Positions 1-10,032 of a DNA stretch of 64,000 nucleotides are shown piece by piece. The stretch is from Selenomonadaceae bacterium (lineage in GTDB: Bacteria; Spirochaetota; Spirochaetia; Sphaerochaetales; Sphaerochaetaceae). The notes under the pieces are model-generated. The model was not told the DNA's origin. It saw only the letters and a program-made list of their open reading frames with translations, and ran no database searches. The stretch lies in assembly GCA_963621975.1 (NCBI GenBank), contig CAVFGI010000004.1, positions 16,357 through 80,356 on the forward strand. The letters run 5' to 3'. Positions within the stretch are counted from its first letter, which is position 1. The number at the start of each line of letters is the position of its first letter. The position numbers and the translations under genes are program-made.

Positions 1-191
<191 letters not shown>

Positions 192-199
192 CTACCACC

Positions 200-1552
200 T
201 TAAACCGATGCCAATAGCACATCTATATTTGCTATGTTTTCACACAAAGCTTTTAGGAATCTTGCTCCTGGAGCCCCATCCACAGCTTGATGATCAATAG
301 TAAGAGAAAGGCCAATACTTTCCCTGACAATTATCTCTCCGTTTTCTTCAACATTCTTTAATACAATTGCTCCAACCCCAAGAATTGCAACTTCTGGAAC
401 ATTTAGAACAGGAGTGAAGGTTTCAATACCAAAAGATCCAACGTTTGAAACCGTAAAGGTTGAGCCTGTCAAATCATCTGGCTGAGCTTTGCCTTCATGA
501 CAAAGAGATCCCAATCTCTTTGATTCCATACTAATCTCTTTCAATGTAAGAAGATTTGAATTCTTAATTACAGGGACCATGAGGCCTTTCTTTGTATCTG
601 TAGCCATTCCGAGATGAACATTAGAGAATACTCTTATTTTGTCACCCAACCAATGTGCATTCAAATTTGGGAAATCTGTAAGCGTTCTTGAAACAGCAAA
701 CATAACTAGGTCATTTATTGTTATTGCGCCAACTTGCAAAGATTCATTTGCAGACTTAAAGACTTTTCTTAAAGCCTTTAGCTTTCTAGCATCGGCATAA
801 GTCATGAGGGTAAGTTGTGCAGTGCTGTTAAGAGATTGGTACATGCGTGATGCTGTAACCTTTCTGATGCCCTTAACTGGAATATCTTCAAATTCACACA
901 AATGTGCTGCTTCCGTGTTGGAAGAACTTGTTGCTAAAGCTTTATGAAGATCACTTGCAAGAATCCTTCCGCCAATACCATGACCAACAACAGGAACACT
1001 GCCAACTCCTTGAGATGCAACAACTTCCTTGGCAAGTGGAGTTAAGGGTTGCATGCCCTTCATTGCTTCCTTTACGTCTCTTTCAACAACATTCCCCTTT
1101 GGGCCAGAGGCGGGAATTGAAGAAATATCCAACCCAGCTTCCTTGGCTAGATTTCTTGCTCTTGGAGAAGAACCTACAGTTTCTTGAGTCCTTAAATCTT
1201 GACTTATAGCGGTAGGAGCAACATGGACCTCTGATTCTTTCTTTGGCTCATCTTTTGAGTTTTCATTTATGGCCTGTGAAGTTGGTGTAGGTGTCAAAGC
1301 ACTTAAATCTTCTCCAACTTGCCCAACAATAGCTATAGGTAACATAACAGGAACCTCATCCCCTTCTTCATATAATAGCTTAAGTAAGGTTCCTTCTGCA
1401 GTAGACTCAACCTCTATAGTTGATTTATCGGTCTCTGCTTCACAAATTATATCGCCTACTGAAATAGGTTCGCCTTCCTTTTTTTTCCACTCAACAATGA
1501 TACAAGATTCAACACTGTTACCTTGCTTTGGCATCACAACTTGACTGGCCAT
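200..1552 (-). CDS. dihydrolipoamide acyltransferase (E2) of a 2-oxoacid (pyruvate/acetoin) dehydrogenase complex
   Basis: 450 aa. Lipoyl domain with the lipoyl-lysine motif in CEAETDKSTIEVES, an E3-binding segment SPRARNLAKEAGLDISSI, and the catalytic motif DHQAVDG near the C-terminus. RBS AAAGGAG precedes the ATG. Confidence 0.9.
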   Translation of the reverse strand: MASQVVMPKQGNSVESCIIVEWKKKEGEPISVGDIICEAETDKSTIEVESTAEGTLLKLLYEEGDEVPVMLPIAIVGQVGEDLSALTPTPTSQAINENSKDEPKKESEVHVAPTAISQDLRTQETVGSSPRARNLAKEAGLDISSIPASGPKGNVVERDVKEAMKGMQPLTPLAKEVVASQGVGSVPVVGHGIGGRILASDLHKALATSSSNTEAAHLCEFEDIPVKGIRKVTASRMYQSLNSTAQLTLMTYADARKLKALRKVFKSANESLQVGAITINDLVMFAVSRTLTDFPNLNAHWLGDKIRVFSNVHLGMATDTKKGLMVPVIKNSNLLTLKEISMESKRLGSLCHEGKAQPDDLTGSTFTVSNVGSFGIETFTPVLNVPEVAILGVGAIVLKNVEENGEIIVRESIGLSLTIDHQAVDGAPGARFLKALCENIANIDVLLASV

Positions 1553-1565
1553 AAAAACTCCTTTA

Positions 1566-1593
1566 GAGGTATTTGCAACTATGCAAATACCTC
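1566..1593 (-). promoter_or_regulatory. perfect 12-bp-stem hairpin/palindrome (GAGGTATTTGCA-ACTA-TGCAAATACCTC) 3 nt upstream of the E2 RBS
   Basis: Arms 1566-1577 and 1582-1593 are exact reverse complements. The half-site TTTGCA/TGCAAA is shared with the dispersed TTTTGCAAAA palindromes. Confidence 0.5.
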
Positions 1594-1610
1594 CATAAAT
1601 TAATTCTCAA

Positions 1611-1627
1611 AGGTTTTGCAAAAACCT
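1611..1627. repeat. copy of the dispersed palindrome family (AGGTTTTGCAAAAACCT), overlapping the fucI stop codon
   Basis: Read directly from the sequence. Compare the perfect 20-mer at 36261-36280. Confidence 0.6.
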
Positions 1628-3456
1628 CAGTACTTTGCATAAAGAGGACCAAGGGCCTGACATGCTCTATAGTCTTGTCCTTCTTTGTCTTCACCAAAAG
1701 CATTCCAGTAACTTGGTCTGAAGATCTCATCTTCAGGTATGTTATGCATACAAACTGGGATTCTGAGAATAGAGCAAAGAGTAATAATGTCAGCACCAAC
1801 ATGCCCATATGCAATAGCACCGTGATTGGCACCCCAATTATTCATGACAGAATAAACATCCTTGAAAGCACCTTCTCCAGTAATTCTTGGAGCAAAATAA
1901 GTACTTGGCCAAGTTGGGTCTGTTCTTGCGGCAATCTTTTCATGTACTTCTAATGGAAGGTCGCAGGTCCAGCCTTCTGCAATTTGCATTACAGGGCCAA
2001 GTCCCTTAATCATGTTTAATCTAATCATTGTGCAAGGCATTCCACCTTTAGAAAGGAAACAAGAACTAAATCCACCACCGCGGAAATAAGGTCCGTTTGC
2101 AACTTCCCATTTAACATTCTTCATTGATTCAATGACATCTTTTTCTGTTATATTCCAGAATTCTTTACCACATGGATTGCCTTCGCTATCAACCATGCTT
2201 CCTTCAGCATCAAGTGTTGTTGCTCCACTATTTCTCAAATCAAGGAATCCGTTCTTTGCAAGACCTTCAGGCTTCCATCCAGTAACACGTTCACATGCTT
2301 TTGGGGACCAATATGTTCTTACATCACTGAACATTGCTGGCTTGTTGGTTATTAGCTTACAGAAAAGCATTGCTGTTCCATTGCAGAAATCATTTTCAGT
2401 TGCTAAGACAAATGATTCTCTAATACCATTCCAATCCCAAGAAGTATTAAGCATTGTCTCCATGAAGTCACCGTTGCACCAGTGATCTGTCCACTGTCTT
2501 TGGCCTTGGAATCCTGCATAAAGAGCATTATGACCATTCCCCTCTTCTGGATACCCCATCTCCTTAAGTTTTGGGTTTCCAATCATTAAATCTCTGCCAA
2601 TCATGACCATCTTAACGCAGAATTCCCAATCCTTCTTTCTCTGCTCTTCACTTCTTGCCCAGCTACCCTTATTAACTTTATCTGGGGCTTCAATACAATA
2701 TTCGTGAACCCAATCCATTGCTTTTTTGAATTCATCTGGATCGTAGATTCCTTCCTCAATTCTTCTTTCAATTTCACACATATCAATGGCTTCTGTACCC
2801 ATTCCAAGATATGCCTGCAAGAAATCTTGATCTACAATAGAGCCAGCAATACCCATTGCACAGCCACCAATAGACAAGTAATTCTTTCCTCTCATTGTGA
2901 CAGCAGCTAAAGACACTCTTGCAAAACGTAAAATCTTGTCTTTTACATCTTCAGGAATTACATAATCGTCCTTATCTTGAACATCACGTCCGTAAATACC
3001 AAATGCAGGAAGCCCCTTCTGTGAATATGCGGCTAAAGCACAAGCAAGGTAAACAGCACCCGGTCTTTCTGTTCCATTTAGACCCCAGACAGCTTTGACT
3101 GTGTGTGGGTCATGATCTATTGTTTCAGTTCCGTAACACCAACAAGGAGTAACAGAAAGGGTTATTGCAACACCTTCTTTTTTGAACTTTTCAGCACAAG
3201 CGGCTGCTTCTGCAACTCCACCAATAGTGGTATCAGCAATGACACACTCTAAAGGCAGGCCATTAGAATGTCTGACATTCTCAGAGATGAGCTTTGCAGC
3301 GTTTTGTGCCATTTTCATGGTCTGCTCTTCAAGTGCCTCTCTAACTCCTTTTTGCCTTCCGTCAATTACTGGGCGAATTCCAAGTTTTGGTAAATCTCCT
3401 TTATACCTCAACTCTGAACCAACATTTCTAATTGTAGATTCTTTTTTGTTTGCCAT
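1627..3456 (-). CDS. fucI: L-fucose isomerase
   Basis: 609 aa. The N-terminus [29 protein letters not shown]...[13 protein letters not shown]...[14 protein letters not shown]...[13 protein letters not shown] matches the remembered E. coli FucI nearly motif for motif. Confidence 0.95.
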   Translation of the reverse strand: MANKKESTIRNVGSELRYKGDLPKLGIRPVIDGRQKGVREALEEQTMKMAQNAAKLISENVRHSNGLPLECVIADTTIGGVAEAAACAEKFKKEGVAITLSVTPCWCYGTETIDHDPHTVKAVWGLNGTERPGAVYLACALAAYSQKGLPAFGIYGRDVQDKDDYVIPEDVKDKILRFARVSLAAVTMRGKNYLSIGGCAMGIAGSIVDQDFLQAYLGMGTEAIDMCEIERRIEEGIYDPDEFKKAMDWVHEYCIEAPDKVNKGSWARSEEQRKKDWEFCVKMVMIGRDLMIGNPKLKEMGYPEEGNGHNALYAGFQGQRQWTDHWCNGDFMETMLNTSWDWNGIRESFVLATENDFCNGTAMLFCKLITNKPAMFSDVRTYWSPKACERVTGWKPEGLAKNGFLDLRNSGATTLDAEGSMVDSEGNPCGKEFWNITEKDVIESMKNVKWEVANGPYFRGGGFSSCFLSKGGMPCTMIRLNMIKGLGPVMQIAEGWTCDLPLEVHEKIAARTDPTWPSTYFAPRITGEGAFKDVYSVMNNWGANHGAIAYGHVGADIITLCSILRIPVCMHNIPEDEIFRPSYWNAFGEDKEGQDYRACQALGPLYAKY

Positions 3457-3483
3457 AACGATTCTCCCATGGTAAGATTTTTA

Positions 3484-3497
3484 TGTAAACGTTTACA
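3484..3497. promoter_or_regulatory. LacI-family operator, perfect palindrome TGTAAACGTTTACA, in the fucI/fucU divergent region
   Basis: 14-bp perfect palindrome with a central CG, 27 nt upstream of the fucI ATG. It matches the generic LacI/CcpA-type operator pattern TGnAAnCGnTTnCA. Confidence 0.7.
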
Positions 3498-3521
3498 TTG
3501 TTCCACATATGAGTATCTCAC

Positions 3522-3535
3522 AGTAAACGATTACA
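3522..3535. promoter_or_regulatory. second, imperfect LacI-type operator AGTAAACGATTACA
   Basis: 12 of 14 positions match the perfect site 38 bp away. It lies 34 nt upstream of the fucU ATG. Confidence 0.55.
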
Positions 3536-3568
3536 CGCAAGCTTTTTTTATTTTTAAGGAGGATTAAA

Positions 3569-4000
3569 ATGTTAAAAGGAATTCCATCAATATTGGCACC
3601 GGAGCTTTTAAAGATCCTAATGGAAATGGGTCACGGTGATGAAATTGTTATTGGAGATGGAAACTTTCCAGCTGCAAACTACGCTAGGAATCTAATCAGA
3701 TTAGATGGACATGGTGCAAAAGAGGTTTTAGAAGCAATTTTAAAGGTAATGCCTTTAGATACATATGCTCCAAACGTTATTCTGATGCAAAAAATGAACT
3801 GTGATAAAGATTTAGAAATTCCAATTTGGAAAGATTTCAAGGAAATTGCACAAAACGGAGACAAAGGCTTTAAGGATCTGGAATATATTGACAGATTTGA
3901 GTTCTATGAAAGAGCAAAGAAAGCTTATGCCGTTATTGCAACCGGAGAAACTAGCATTTATGCCAATGTAATTCTCAAAAAAGGAGTTGTTTCCCAGTAA
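3569..4000 (+). CDS. fucU: L-fucose mutarotase (RbsD/FucU family)
   Basis: 143 aa. MLKGIPSILAPELLKILMEMGHGDEIVIGDGNFPA closely parallels the E. coli FucU N-terminus. RBS AAGGAGG lies upstream. Confidence 0.9.
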   Translation: MLKGIPSILAPELLKILMEMGHGDEIVIGDGNFPAANYARNLIRLDGHGAKEVLEAILKVMPLDTYAPNVILMQKMNCDKDLEIPIWKDFKEIAQNGDKGFKDLEYIDRFEFYERAKKAYAVIATGETSIYANVILKKGVVSQ

Positions 4001-4100
4001 GTCCACAACAGAAAAAAGACTGACTATGAGTTTCTGTTTTGCCTTTACATCTATATATATGTGGCATGAGTGGCAGAGGAGAAAGAAAAAGAGAATAAAA

Positions 4101-4114
4101 TGTAAACGTTTACT
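4101..4114. promoter_or_regulatory. third LacI-type operator TGTAAACGTTTACT just upstream of the ABC-operon promoter
   Basis: 13 of 14 positions identical to the 3484 site. It ends 7 nt before a TTGACA hexamer. Confidence 0.65.
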
Positions 4115-4121
4115 TTTTTTC

Positions 4122-4151
4122 TTGACAAGTCCAATTTTGTGCAGTGATAAT
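4122..4151 (+). promoter_or_regulatory. sigma70-type promoter of the sugar ABC operon (TTGACA-N18-GATAAT)
   Basis: TTGACA at 4122-4127 and GATAAT at 4146-4151, about 55 nt upstream of ATG 4208. Confidence 0.5.
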
Positions 4152-4207
4152 CTATGTATGAGCAGTTTGCTCATGGTTCATACCAAAAGAAAAAGGAGAA
4201 CAAGTGT

Positions 4208-5287
4208 ATGAAGAAAGCGACGATGATTCTTTTGTTTGCTTTAATTGCCGTTAGTTTGGTTTTTGCTCAAGGGGCACAGGAAAGCCAGCAGGCAGGAAAG
4301 ATCAAAGTAGGTGCTCTTATTAGAAACCTTAACGAAACTTTTGTAAGAGACTACACTGACAACCTCAAGGTTCTTGCTGAAAAGGCAGGAGTTGACCTAA
4401 ATGTACAGGATGCTAACAGTGACGTTGACAAACAGCTCACACAGCTTCAGACCCTCATCTCTCAGGGTTATAAGTATTTTGTAATTATTCCTCAAGATAC
4501 TTCTGCAACAGAACAAATGTGTGAATTAATCAACGCCGTTGGTGGAGCTGCTGCATTCTCTAATATTCAGCCATCTGTTGCTGCTCTCAAAGTTGGAAAG
4601 AACTTCTTCTTAGCTTCTTCTCCAGAACAGGTTGCAGGTCAGTATCAGGCAGAGATTGCTATTGAATATTTCACAAAGTATCCAGAAAAAGCTCCAAACA
4701 AGACTATTAACGTTTTGTATCTTAACGGACAGCTTGGACACCCAGCACAGGTAAACAGAAGAGCTGGTTTTGTCAACACACTCCAAGCAAAGGGTTGGAC
4801 AGTAAACTTTGTTGCTGAAGACACAGCTAACTGGGGTGCAGAACAGGCACAGCAGAAGATGGATGCTTGGGTTACAGCATTTGATGGCAAGTACAATCTT
4901 GTTGTAGCACAGAATGACGACATGGCACTTGGTGCAATTGAATCTCTCATCCAGAACGGAAAAGTTAAGACCGATACTTCTGATGGCACAAGATTGTTGG
5001 TTCCAGTCCTTGGTGTTGACGCAACAGCAACTGGTTGTGCATCAATCGACAGAAAGGAAATGTATGCAACAGTTCTTCAGGATGCTATTGGCCAGAGCAC
5101 AACAGCATTTGAGATTGTTCTTAACATAGCAAAGGGAAATTCTCCAGACGGCTTTGTTGCTGGTGGAATTGCTCCTGCAACTGAAACAATTGACGAAGAG
5201 CCAGCAAATGATCCTGCTATCATTTCCCAGTGCTATTTGGTTCCTTTCAAACCAGTTACAATGGAGAACTATAAGGATTATCTATAA
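4208..5287 (+). CDS. monosaccharide ABC transporter substrate-binding protein (RbsB/ChvE-like), probably for fucose or a related sugar
   Basis: ORF track starts at 4154. I prefer ATG 4208 (MKKATMILLFALIAVSLVFAQGAQ, a signal peptide) because AAAGGAGAA lies 7 nt upstream. Type I periplasmic-binding-protein-like sequence within the fuc locus. Confidence 0.8.
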   Translation: MKKATMILLFALIAVSLVFAQGAQESQQAGKIKVGALIRNLNETFVRDYTDNLKVLAEKAGVDLNVQDANSDVDKQLTQLQTLISQGYKYFVIIPQDTSATEQMCELINAVGGAAAFSNIQPSVAALKVGKNFFLASSPEQVAGQYQAEIAIEYFTKYPEKAPNKTINVLYLNGQLGHPAQVNRRAGFVNTLQAKGWTVNFVAEDTANWGAEQAQQKMDAWVTAFDGKYNLVVAQNDDMALGAIESLIQNGKVKTDTSDGTRLLVPVLGVDATATGCASIDRKEMYATVLQDAIGQSTTAFEIVLNIAKGNSPDGFVAGGIAPATETIDEEPANDPAIISQCYLVPFKPVTMENYKDYL

Positions 5288-5312
5288 GCCTTATTTAGGA
5301 AATGTGATTACT

Positions 5313-5341
5313 ACGCGAGTTGGTCTTGTACTGACTCGCGT
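5313..5341 (+). terminator. hairpin after the SBP gene (ACGCGAGT-N13-ACTCGCGT), a likely partial terminator or mRNA stabiliser
   Basis: 8-bp GC-rich stem followed by the T-rich TATAGTTTTCTTTATTTT. This is a common arrangement giving excess SBP transcript. Confidence 0.45.
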
Positions 5342-5415
5342 TATAGTTTTCTTTATTTTGCAAAGAGTTTGATGCTTGCAAGGTCATTGCAAAATGGAGA
5401 AAAAAGGAGAAAGCA

Positions 5416-6921
5416 GTGGAAGAAAAATATGCTATTGAGATGCTAGACATCACAAAGCGGTTTCCAGGTGTTTTAGCTCTAGACAATGTAACCTTTAGAG
5501 TAAAACCTGGCACGGTACATGCCCTTATGGGAGAAAATGGTGCTGGAAAATCAACCCTGATGAAATGTTTGTTTGGCATTTACAAAGAAGACAAAGGGAT
5601 TGTGAAAGTTAATGGCCAAGAATGCCATTTTTCTGGCTCTCATGACGCATTAAAAGCTGGTGTTTCAATGATTCATCAAGAGCTTTCAAATGTCCCAGAA
5701 AGAACTGTAGCAGAAAACATTTGGTTGGGAAGAGAGCCAGTAAACAAATTTGGCTTGATAGACCATAAAAAGATGGTAGAAGATACTACTACAGTTCTAA
5801 CCAATTTAAGCATGAAAATAGACCCAAAGGTTAAGATGAAGGATCTTTCAATCTCTAATCAGCAGGCCTGCGAAATTGCAAAAGCTGTTAGCTACAATTC
5901 ATCTGTAGTTGTGATGGATGAGCCAACAAGTTCACTTACAGAGAATGAAGTTGACCATCTTTTTGAAATCATCAACAACCTAAGAGAAAAAGGCGTTGCT
6001 ATAATCTACATTTCACACAAAATGGAAGAAATTTTCAAAATTTCTGATTGCGTTTCTGTTATGCGTGATGGAAAAATGATTGGAACATGGCCTATATGTG
6101 AGATGACAACGGATAAACTTATATCCAATATGGTAGGAAGAGAATCTACACAAAGATTCCCTGAAGTACCTCCTTGCACTTCTGATGAAGTCATGTTGCA
6201 AGTTAAAGGTCTTTCATCTCCTAATCCTCGTTCCTTTAAGAATGTATCATTAGAACTGCATAAAGGAGAGATCCTTGGAATAGGTGGTCTTGTTGGTGCC
6301 CAAAGAACAGAATTTGTAGAAGCAATTTTTGGTGTTAGGGACATCTCTGAAGGAGACGTTTATGTCAAAGGAAAAAAGATCTTAAAACTAACACCTAAAA
6401 ACATGATTGCAGAAGGCGTAGGCTTTGTTACAGAGGACAGAAGAGGCAGTGGAATCTTCCCTCTTCTCTCTATAACTAAGAACACATCAATTGCTTCTTT
6501 GTCAAACTACAAAAATAATGTCAAATTGCTGGATCATAAACGTATAAACAATGATGCAGAAAAGTATAATTCAACTCTTAAAACTAAGACTCCATCCATG
6601 GAAACACTTATTCAAAATCTATCTGGAGGAAACCAGCAAAAGGTAATTCTTTCAAGATGGCTTATGACTATTCCTGATATTCTTATCATGGATGAACCAA
6701 CCAGAGGAATTGATGTAGGCGCTAAACTTGAAATCTACACAATTATGAGCGAATTAGTTAAGAGCGGAAAATCCATCATAATGATATCTAGTGAAATGCC
6801 TGAACTCATTGGAATGAGTCATAGAATAATGGTTCTTTGTGAAGGAAACCACACAGGCACGCTAAATCATGATGAAATTAGTCAAGAAGCAGTTATGCGA
6901 CTAGCAACACAATTTTGCTAA
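5416..6921 (+). CDS. sugar ABC transporter ATP-binding protein, duplicated ATPase (RbsA/MglA type)
   Basis: 501 aa, GTG start with RBS AAGGAGA. Walker A GENGAGKST, Walker B VVVMDEPT, second-half signature LSGGNQQK and ILIMDEPTRGID. Confidence 0.92.
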   Translation: MEEKYAIEMLDITKRFPGVLALDNVTFRVKPGTVHALMGENGAGKSTLMKCLFGIYKEDKGIVKVNGQECHFSGSHDALKAGVSMIHQELSNVPERTVAENIWLGREPVNKFGLIDHKKMVEDTTTVLTNLSMKIDPKVKMKDLSISNQQACEIAKAVSYNSSVVVMDEPTSSLTENEVDHLFEIINNLREKGVAIIYISHKMEEIFKISDCVSVMRDGKMIGTWPICEMTTDKLISNMVGRESTQRFPEVPPCTSDEVMLQVKGLSSPNPRSFKNVSLELHKGEILGIGGLVGAQRTEFVEAIFGVRDISEGDVYVKGKKILKLTPKNMIAEGVGFVTEDRRGSGIFPLLSITKNTSIASLSNYKNNVKLLDHKRINNDAEKYNSTLKTKTPSMETLIQNLSGGNQQKVILSRWLMTIPDILIMDEPTRGIDVGAKLEIYTIMSELVKSGKSIIMISSEMPELIGMSHRIMVLCEGNHTGTLNHDEISQEAVMRLATQFC

Positions 6922-6932
6922 AAGGAGAGAAC

Positions 6933-7940
6933 ATGGACAAAAACAATAACGTAAGGATGAGCTTAACCAAGGTAAAGGATTTTTCTTCAAAATATACAAG
7001 TTATATTACTTTTGTCGCCCTTTTTTTGTTTCTTGCTATTTTAACAAATGGTGGAACTCTTCAGTGGCCATCAATTAAAAACTTAATTGTTGCAGAGTCA
7101 GTTAGAGTTTTTGCAGCATTAGGTGTTGGAATGATTATCATTACAAGAGGAATAGACCTTTCTCTTGGTGCAATTGTTTGTTTGTCTGCTTCTGTTGCAG
7201 CCTCCTTTGCTCAAACTGTTGATTATTCAAGTGCAATGTATCCAGGAAAAGAATTTGCTCTAATCATTCCTGTTGTAGCTGGAATTTTAACTGGAACTCT
7301 TTTTGGTCTTGTAAACGGCTGGCTTATAGCTTATGGTAAGCTTCCTCCATTTATTGCAACACTTGGAACCAAATCTATTGCTACTGGAATTCAGCTTTTG
7401 TATACACATGCAGCAGTTGTAGGTTCTCTCAAAAAAGAGTACAAGCAAATCTCCCAAGGAAACTTGTTTGGAACTTTCCCATATCTTGGAATTTATATCA
7501 TAATCATTGCAATAATTGTTTGGATTATATTACGCCATACTAAATTTGGTTCTAGCCTATATGCCATTGGTGGAAACTCACAGGCAGCTAGAGTATCTGG
7601 TATAAGTGTTGAAAAGAATCTACTTTTAGTCTACATGATTGCAGGTTTCCTATACGGAATAGCCGGAGTTCTTCAAAGCGCAAGAGTTGGTCTTGCAAAC
7701 TCTTTGACCGCAGCAAACATGGAGCTTGACGCTATTGCGGCAGTAACTGTTGGTGGTGTTTCTCAAAGTGGTGGTGTTGGAACTATTGGTGGAATGATGA
7801 TAGGTGTCTTTATCATGGGACTAATAAACTATGGTATGACATATTTAGCAATAGATTCCTACTGGCAACAAATCGTAAAAGGACTTATAATCGTCGTTGC
7901 AGTCTACATGGATATGAAAAAGTACGCTAGACGCGGGTAA
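6933..7940 (+). CDS. sugar ABC transporter permease (RbsC/branched-chain type)
   Basis: Track ORF starts at TTG 6915. ATG 6933 follows RBS AAAGGAGAGA. Multi-TM hydrophobic protein with typical ITRGIDLSLGAIV and TVGGVS segments. Confidence 0.88.
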   Translation: MDKNNNVRMSLTKVKDFSSKYTSYITFVALFLFLAILTNGGTLQWPSIKNLIVAESVRVFAALGVGMIIITRGIDLSLGAIVCLSASVAASFAQTVDYSSAMYPGKEFALIIPVVAGILTGTLFGLVNGWLIAYGKLPPFIATLGTKSIATGIQLLYTHAAVVGSLKKEYKQISQGNLFGTFPYLGIYIIIIAIIVWIILRHTKFGSSLYAIGGNSQAARVSGISVEKNLLLVYMIAGFLYGIAGVLQSARVGLANSLTAANMELDAIAAVTVGGVSQSGGVGTIGGMMIGVFIMGLINYGMTYLAIDSYWQQIVKGLIIVVAVYMDMKKYARRG

Positions 7941-7982
7941 GAAAATATTTCTGACAGATTTGCAAAGGACTCTTTCTTTATT

Positions 7983-9056
7983 ATGGCTACAATCAAAGAT
8001 GTTGCATCTCTATCAAAAGTATCTACCGCTACCGTTTCACGGGTTCTTAACGGACAAAGTGTAAGTAATAAAACAAGACTCAAAGTTATACGTGCAATGG
8101 AGCAGCTTGGTTATATTCAGAACCAGGTTGCTCGTGCGCTTAAAACAAAATCTACAAAAACTGTAGGAGTACTAGTCCCAGAACTTGGAACAACCTTCTT
8201 CCTTTACATAGTTGAAAAAATGGAAGCAATATTAGCTGAACAGGGCTATTCAATGATGCTTTGTTCTTCTAACGGTTCAGTAGAAAGGGAAAAAGAAAAG
8301 CTACAAGTTTTAATTAATAGAAACGTTGATGCTCTAGTAGTAATCCCTGTTAGCGATACCGGAGAACACTTTGTAATTGCCAAAAACACAGGAATTCCTT
8401 TAATTCTGGTAGACAGAAGTTTGCCCGGTGTTAATCTTGACTCTGTCCATACAGACGGTGTTTGGGGCACAAAAGAAGTTGTAAAAGCACTCATAAAAGA
8501 AGGCCACACTCGCATTGGTTTTCTTGGTGGAGACGAACACATCCCTACTGCCTTAGAACGATATCAAGGATATTTGGATGCTTTTAGAGAAATGGACCTT
8601 CCAGTTGATCAAAGTTTTATATTCTTTGGTGAGATGACTGAAAGAGGTGGTTGGAATTTGATGAAAAAAGCCCTTTCAAAACCTAATTGTCCAAATGCCT
8701 TCTTTTGTGTAAATGATAATACCCACTTAGGTGCCACAGCTTATCTTTATGAAAAAGTTCCTGCAGAAGTCTATAATAAAATAGCTTTTGGAACTTTTGA
8801 CTTTTTGCATTACTTCCCTCTTCTAAAAAACTGCCATTATTCGGTTTCTCAGCCTTTGTCAGAAATTGGAAAGAAAGCAGCGGAACTCCTTTTAAAAAGA
8901 CTGCGTGGAGATGTTTCAGATTTTCCTCAGTCCATTACCCTCAAGCCAGAAATAATTATCTTTAAAAGAAACGGAGCCACAGTTTACGATATTGAGGGAT
9001 CTAAAACAGTTGCAGATACCTCCTATCCATATTTCACAAATGCAGTTTTTTCCTGA
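7983..9056 (+). CDS. LacI-family transcriptional regulator (probable fucose-locus repressor)
   Basis: N-terminal HTH MATIKDVASLSKVSTATVSRVLNG plus a periplasmic-binding-protein-like core. It is the last gene of the fucU-ABC operon whose promoters carry LacI-type palindromes. Confidence 0.9.
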   Translation: MATIKDVASLSKVSTATVSRVLNGQSVSNKTRLKVIRAMEQLGYIQNQVARALKTKSTKTVGVLVPELGTTFFLYIVEKMEAILAEQGYSMMLCSSNGSVEREKEKLQVLINRNVDALVVIPVSDTGEHFVIAKNTGIPLILVDRSLPGVNLDSVHTDGVWGTKEVVKALIKEGHTRIGFLGGDEHIPTALERYQGYLDAFREMDLPVDQSFIFFGEMTERGGWNLMKKALSKPNCPNAFFCVNDNTHLGATAYLYEKVPAEVYNKIAFGTFDFLHYFPLLKNCHYSVSQPLSEIGKKAAELLLKRLRGDVSDFPQSITLKPEIIIFKRNGATVYDIEGSKTVADTSYPYFTNAVFS

Positions 9057-9076
9057 GGCTCTTGTTATAAACCTTA

Positions 9077-9119
9077 CCTATTAGGAATTTTTTCCGTTTT
9101 GTCAAAAATTCCTAATAGG
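9077..9119. terminator. 16-bp perfect inverted repeat (CCTATTAGGAATTTTT-N11-AAAAATTCCTAATAGG) between convergent genes, a likely bidirectional terminator
   Basis: Arms 9077-9092 and 9104-9119 are exact complements. The A/T runs are part of the stem ends. Confidence 0.6.
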
Positions 9120-9162
9120 AGAAAATAATGATAGACAGGCCTCTTTTTTTAATGTAGATGCT

Positions 9163-10017
9163 TTAGAGGTCTAGACAATGAAGAGATTTCATACCCTGAA
9201 TGCTTCTACGAAGGCTGTCCAGCTCACATGGCATTTGAGTTCTGTCCTGTTCAAGAATCATGTAGTCCACCTTCCCGTTCTTTGCCACCGCATCAATGGT
9301 TGCTTGGAGATTAAGGAGACCATCACCAATTTCTGCAAAAGCGGTAAAATCGCGCTTAGACATGTAGAAATCTTTTGTAATATTAGCCTTAGGACCTACG
9401 ACCTCAAACATATTAAGAGGCTGTTTGCAGGTTTTGGAAAAATCTTTAAAATGAACCATCTTAAGACGGCTACCCAATTTATTAATAAGTTCAATATCAT
9501 CCATTCCACCGCGAATAGCCCAGAAAGCATCTAACTCAAAACTCACAGCTTCTGGAGAAGTGTTTTTAACAAGTGTTTCGTAGACTGTTTCCCCTCCTAA
9601 AACCTGAAATTCATGGTAATGGTTATGATATAGATAATGCATTCCATTTGCATGGCAAATCTCACCAATTTTCTGAAGTTTTTCAGCCGTTCTAAGAGCA
9701 TCATCGTGACTTGAATACATCATCATTGGCATAGTTAAACAATGGTTACCAAGAATTTTGTGATATTCAATAACCCTCTTAACGTTTTCTTCCTCCAACG
9801 GAGAGACATGACAGTTCACTACCTGCAATCCCAAATCATCCAAATACTTCTTCAATTCTTTTGCAGACATTCCAATACCAATTCCAAAGTCTTTGTCTGC
9901 ATTTGAATTTGCTGGCTCAATATATTTGAATCCTAGCTCTGCCACGTTTTTAAGGCACTTAATTGGGTTCTCTGCCATTGCATTTTTTACAGAATAAAGC
10001 TGTACACCTACTTTCAT
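9163..10017 (-). CDS. sugar phosphate isomerase/epimerase (xylose isomerase-like TIM barrel)
   Basis: 284 aa. Family-typical pattern (KVGVQLYS..., GFKYIE, HNHYHEF, metal-ligand-like E/D/H spacing). Co-transcribed with a Gfo/Idh/MocA oxidoreductase. Confidence 0.7.
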   Translation of the reverse strand: MKVGVQLYSVKNAMAENPIKCLKNVAELGFKYIEPANSNADKDFGIGIGMSAKELKKYLDDLGLQVVNCHVSPLEEENVKRVIEYHKILGNHCLTMPMMMYSSHDDALRTAEKLQKIGEICHANGMHYLYHNHYHEFQVLGGETVYETLVKNTSPEAVSFELDAFWAIRGGMDDIELINKLGSRLKMVHFKDFSKTCKQPLNMFEVVGPKANITKDFYMSKRDFTAFAEIGDGLLNLQATIDAVAKNGKVDYMILEQDRTQMPCELDSLRRSIQGMKSLHCLDL

Positions 10018-10032
10018 AGTTTACCTCAATGG

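Noticed and set aside
4062-4075. TGGCATGAGTGGCA as a sigma54 -24/-12 promoter upstream of the ABC operon
   Set aside because: The GG-to-GC spacing is 10 nt rather than the required 12. There is no TTGC -12 element, and a good sigma70 promoter lies just downstream.
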